A DNA stretch of 29,370 bases, from the NCBI GenBank assembly GCA_051885395.1, contig JBJEXB010000102.1, positions 1 through 29,370 on the forward strand, given 5' to 3'. This DNA is from Candidatus Enterousia sp. (GTDB lineage: Bacteria > Pseudomonadota > Alphaproteobacteria > Rs-D84). How positions within the stretch are numbered: the first letter of the stretch is position 1; each line of letters opens with the position of its first letter. Below, in pieces: positions 25,600 through 29,370 of this stretch. The notes under the pieces were generated by a model. That model saw nothing but the letters and a program-made list of their open reading frames with translations, searched no databases and had not been told where the DNA came from. Position numbers and translations under genes: made by a program.

Positions 25600-25655
25600 T
25601 CATACGATTATCGACAGAAGCGGGAAACTGTATATTTCGTTTTTTACCCGAAACT

Positions 25656-26930
25656 TTATGCAGCCTTTTTGGCATCACGTAATATTTCAATTGGTGCCTT
25701 TTTACCAGCAACAACATTCTTGTCAATCACGATTTCTGCCAAATCTTCTTTGTCTGGCGCATCAAACATTGGCTGTAATAATATCTTTTCCAATATACCA
25801 CGCAAACCACGTGCGCCCGTTTTACGCGCAACCGCCATTTTGGCAATTTCACGCAATCCATCATCTGTTATGTTCAGTTTTACACCGTCCATTTCCAGCA
25901 TCGCATTAAACTGCTTTACAATTGCATTCTTGGGCTCTGTCAGAATTTTAACTAATGCGCCTTCGTCCAGTTCCTGCAAAGTTGTAATTACAGGCAATCG
26001 TCCAACCAATTCTGGTATAATACCAAACTTTACCAAATCTGATGGTTGAACTTCGTCCAGATAATTTTTAGATTCGCGTTCTTCGCGTGATGCAACCGCT
26101 GCACCAAATCCAATGCCACAACGTGTATTTATACGCGCGCCAATTATTTTATTCAGTCCATCAAACGCACCACCACAGATAAACAGAATCTTGGACGTGT
26201 CCAGTTGTACGGTTGCCTCGCCTGGGTGTTTGCGCCCTGCCCCACCAGCTGGAACATTTGCAACAGTGCCTTCGATTAATTTCAATAATGCCTGTTGTAC
26301 ACCTTCGCCAGATACATCACGGGTTAATGACGGATTTTCTGATTTACGTGAAATCTTGTCGATTTCGTCAATGTATATGATACCCCGACTGGCACGTTCA
26401 ACATCAAAATTCGCATTCTGCAACAGACGTGTTAAAACACTTTCAACATCGTCACCGACATATCCAGCCTCGGTCAATGTGGTGGCATCTGCAATAGCAA
26501 ATGGAACATCCAAAATACGCGCCAATGTCTGCGCAAACAAAGTTTTACCAGTACCTGTTGAACCAATCAGCAATACATTTGATTTTTGAATTTCAACATT
26601 TGTAGATGCCGTCGCATTATGGCGTTTATAATGATTATACACCGCCACCGCCAATGTGCGCTTTGCATTTTCTTGTCCGATGATATATTCATCCAAAATT
26701 TCATAAATCTGACGTGGGGTCGGCAATTTTTCAGTGTCTTTGCCAATATCAATACCTGTGTCCCCTGCCATAATGTCATTGCACAATGCGATACATTCAT
26801 CACAAATGCAAACATTACGACCACTGACCAGTTTTTTTACTTCATATACTGCCTTGCCACAGAAACTGCAAAACTGCTGCGAATTTGTCGCATTCTGCTC
26901 ATTCGGCGTTTGTGTTTTATCGTCACTCAT
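25656..26930 (-). CDS. clpX: ATP-dependent Clp protease ATPase ClpX (424 aa)
   Basis: Zn finger CSFC...CICDEC, Walker [13 protein letters not shown] pore loop, [20 protein letters not shown] loop, GARGLR; start probably 26930. Confidence 0.97.
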   Translation of the reverse strand: MSDDKTQTPNEQNATNSQQFCSFCGKAVYEVKKLVSGRNVCICDECIALCNDIMAGDTGIDIGKDTEKLPTPRQIYEILDEYIIGQENAKRTLAVAVYNHYKRHNATASTNVEIQKSNVLLIGSTGTGKTLFAQTLARILDVPFAIADATTLTEAGYVGDDVESVLTRLLQNANFDVERASRGIIYIDEIDKISRKSENPSLTRDVSGEGVQQALLKLIEGTVANVPAGGAGRKHPGEATVQLDTSKILFICGGAFDGLNKIIGARINTRCGIGFGAAVASREERESKNYLDEVQPSDLVKFGIIPELVGRLPVITTLQELDEGALVKILTEPKNAIVKQFNAMLEMDGVKLNITDDGLREIAKMAVARKTGARGLRGILEKILLQPMFDAPDKEDLAEIVIDKNVVAGKKAPIEILRDAKKAA

Positions 26931-26952
26931 ATCAAATCCTATGAAAAAAGAT

Positions 26953-27534
26953 TTACTTTCTGACCAGAACTTTATCAATTAAACCAAAATCTTTTGCCTC
27001 GGACGGGCACATCCAATTGTCACGTTCCATCGCATCAAACAATTCTTTTTCAGATTTGCCTGTAAATTCAGACATTTGTTTAATCAACATTTGTTTGTTC
27101 TTTTGATATTGGGTCAATTGAATTTCCATATCTGTAATCTGCCCCTGGGAACCTGCCATTGGCTGATGAATCATAATCTGGGTATTTGGCAGAACAAAAC
27201 GTTTACCCTTTTGTCCTGCTGCCAACAATACAGAACCCATTGATGCAACCAATCCCATACCAATTGTCGATACAGGCGATTTTATATACTGCATTGTGTC
27301 CATAATTGCCCAACCTGCGGATACATCACCACCAGGCGAATTAATATACATAGAAATGTCAGCATTTGGATTTTCTGATTCCAAGAACAACAATTGTGCC
27401 ACAATCAAATTTGCCATATTTGGTTCAATCTGACCATTTACCATAACAATACGGTCCCGCAACAGGCGTGAATAAATGTCGAACGACCGTTCACCCCGTG
27501 GGGATTCTTCTATAACCATCGGTATTAATGCCAT
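26953..27534 (-). CDS. clpP: Clp protease proteolytic subunit ClpP (193 aa)
   Basis: [10 protein letters not shown]...[18 protein letters not shown], catalytic ASMG, HQP, ERD. Confidence 0.97.
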   Translation of the reverse strand: MALIPMVIEESPRGERSFDIYSRLLRDRIVMVNGQIEPNMANLIVAQLLFLESENPNADISMYINSPGGDVSAGWAIMDTMQYIKSPVSTIGMGLVASMGSVLLAAGQKGKRFVLPNTQIMIHQPMAGSQGQITDMEIQLTQYQKNKQMLIKQMSEFTGKSEKELFDAMERDNWMCPSEAKDFGLIDKVLVRK

Positions 27535-27603
27535 AATACAATCCTTATATTCTTATTGATAAAACTATACCACATAAAAACCCGATTCGCGAATTTATGA
27601 TAT

Positions 27604-27631
27604 ATATAGGGCTAAGTATCATTTTTTCAAT
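27604..27631 (-). promoter_or_regulatory. RpoH-type promoter of clpP-clpX
   Basis: minus strand ATTGAA-N15-CCTATAT, same spacing as the clpB promoter. Confidence 0.65.
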
Positions 27632-27633
27632 AT

Positions 27634-27653
27634 AAAAATCCCCACACGGGGGA
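27634..27653 (-). terminator. terminator-like hairpin after ccrM
   Basis: minus strand TCCCC-CGTGT-GGGGA-TTTTT. Confidence 0.5.
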
Positions 27654-27667
27654 ATGAATAGTTTTTT

Positions 27668-28777
27668 TTATGCGGCTTTCTTCATATCTGCTTTGACAGA
27701 ACGGATATATTTGCGCAAATCATCAATCGGAACCAATGTTCCATCTTGCTTTTGTGCAGACCAATAATCCCAGCCATTAAAACTGACACTGTGCTGAATC
27801 TTGGCAGCCATAACGTGAATTGATGCCTTGCCATACAGTGTATGCGTCAATTGACCATCACGCGTAATCATAACACGCTCGCCACGTGGCGACACCAGCG
27901 TCTGCCCAACATATAACAGACCCGCATCAATTAATTCACGGAAAGCAACACGTACTTCGGCACGTTTCGGGGCTGCAACCTCTATATCAGACAAATCAAC
28001 AGGTTGCACCGCATCCACACGACGACGGGCAGCCGCAACATACGACGCATCCTTATCAATACCGATAAATTGACGTCCTAACTCTTTTGCCGCCGCTGCG
28101 GTTGTACCGCTGCCGACAAATGGGTCCAAAATTATGTCACCAGGCTTGGTCGATGATAAAATCACACGGCGCAATAAATCCATCGGCTTTTGCGTATTAT
28201 GCAGGCTTTTTCCATCATCGCCTTTGACGCGTTCTTCGCCCAGACAAATATTAATCCCCCAGTCAGAACGCATTTGCTTGCCACCATTTAATTTTTTCAT
28301 CGTTTCATAATTAAATGTATATTTGCCAGTCTTGCGCGGAGTTGCCCAAATCAATGTTTCATGCGCGTTTGTAAAACGCGTTCCACGGAAATTCGGCATA
28401 GGATTGGTTTTTACCCATACAATATCATTTAAAATCCAAAAGCCTAAATCTTGCAAAATAGAACCAACACGGAAAATATTATGATACGAACCAATAACCC
28501 ACATTGCACCATCTGGTTTTAAAATTCGTTTGCATTCACGCATCCATGCACGGGTAAATTCATCGTACGCAGCAACACTGTCAAACGCATCCCACGCGTC
28601 ACGCACAGCACGTGCTGCGGTTTGGTCTTCGGGGCGATATAATGTCTTTGCCCCCAGTTGCAAATTATATGGGCTGTCTGCGAATATCGCATCAACAGAC
28701 GCATCAGGAATTTGACGCATCACCTCGATACAATCACCAGACAAAATTTGGTTCAGATATTTTTCCATCTCTCTCAT
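27668..28777 (-). CDS. ccrM: CcrM-type beta-class N6-adenine DNA methyltransferase (369 aa)
   Basis: GDCIE, FADSPYNLQL, WVIGSYHNIFRVG, WVKTNPMPNFRGTRFTNAHETLIWA, HNTQKP, LDPFVGSGTT, C-terminal SIH...NGWDYW domain. Confidence 0.9.
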   Translation of the reverse strand: MREMEKYLNQILSGDCIEVMRQIPDASVDAIFADSPYNLQLGAKTLYRPEDQTAARAVRDAWDAFDSVAAYDEFTRAWMRECKRILKPDGAMWVIGSYHNIFRVGSILQDLGFWILNDIVWVKTNPMPNFRGTRFTNAHETLIWATPRKTGKYTFNYETMKKLNGGKQMRSDWGINICLGEERVKGDDGKSLHNTQKPMDLLRRVILSSTKPGDIILDPFVGSGTTAAAAKELGRQFIGIDKDASYVAAARRRVDAVQPVDLSDIEVAAPKRAEVRVAFRELIDAGLLYVGQTLVSPRGERVMITRDGQLTHTLYGKASIHVMAAKIQHSVSFNGWDYWSAQKQDGTLVPIDDLRKYIRSVKADMKKAA

Positions 28778-28895
28778 ATCTCAGGTTATATTTTACCATA
28801 TTTGCGCCCCGAAAAAGACACACCCACACCCCAGAATTTTAAATAAAAGACTTGATTTTTATAAAAATGTGATTTTTTTGATTTATAAATTCTGC

Positions 28896-28924
28896 TTTAC
28901 AGTCCGCGACAAGATTGCTACGAT
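28896..28924 (+). promoter_or_regulatory. sigma70-type promoter of nrdR
   Basis: TTTACA, 17 nt, TGcTACGAT, ending 7 nt before the ATG. Confidence 0.55.
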
Positions 28925-28931
28925 TATTGTC

Positions 28932-29370
28932 ATGAGATGCCCATACTGCAATTCTACTGACAGTCGTGTGACGGATTCCCGCCCCGATATCGAAGACGCA
29001 ATTATTCGTCGTCGCCGTGTTTGTAATCAATGTGGCGCAAAATTTACAACCGTTGAACGCGTGCAAATGCGTGACCTGATGGTGCGTAAAAACAGTGGAA
29101 AATTGGAACAATTTGACCGTGAAAAATTACGTCGCAGCATAAAACTGGCGTGTCGCAATCGTGATGTTGGCGATGAACAGATTGAAAAATTGGTCACATC
29201 AATTCACAGACGCTTGGAAACGGAAACTGCTGACGATACAGTAACCAGCGCCCAGGTCGGTCAAATGGTATCTGATTCACTGCTGAACCTGGACCCGATT
29301 GCGTTTGTACGATTTGTGTCTGTGTATCGCAAATTCTCGCGCGTGTCAGACTTTAAGAAAATCATTGAAA
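28932..29370 (+). CDS. nrdR: transcriptional repressor NrdR, truncated by the window edge (absent from the ORF track)
   Basis: manual translation MRCPYCNSTDSRVTDSR...IRRRRVCNQCGAKFTTVER...VRKNSGKLEQFDREKL...AFVRFVSVYRKF. Confidence 0.96.
   Translation, partial: MRCPYCNSTDSRVTDSRPDIEDAIIRRRRVCNQCGAKFTTVERVQMRDLMVRKNSGKLEQFDREKLRRSIKLACRNRDVGDEQIEKLVTSIHRRLETETADDTVTSAQVGQMVSDSLLNLDPIAFVRFVSVYRKFSRVSDFKKIIE

Overview
A moderately AT-rich chromosomal window from an alphaproteobacterium. The assignment rests on a ccrM orthologue, alpha-type RpoH promoter motifs and a WPGFVD MotA/MotB-like pair; the gene style suggests a gut/rumen lineage such as Rs-D84/'Ca. Enterousia', which is inference only. 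Housekeeping genes are an MsbA-like exporter, a ClpB lacking the N-domain, rpmB, tRNA-Leu(CAA), mscS, infA, recO, a DsbA/ScsC-like protein, clpP-clpX, ccrM and a partial nrdR. Two accessory loci stand out. (1) A 3.16-kb cassette (Mpi-like serine recombinase, EcoRI-family N6-adenine methyltransferase and DUF262-HNH nuclease) is bracketed by an exact 16-bp direct repeat lying in terminator hairpins. (2) An 8.6-kb locus encodes three large paralogous secreted Cys-rich proteins (819, 743 and 876 aa) plus a fourth small one. Two of the paralogues have 36 collinear cysteines and differ in a glycine-rich hydrophobic loop at the C-terminal tip. There are also two unexplained structured non-coding regions (7696-7782 and 24961-25221). 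No rRNA, CRISPR array or transposase was seen. All domain calls come from motif recognition, not database searches.
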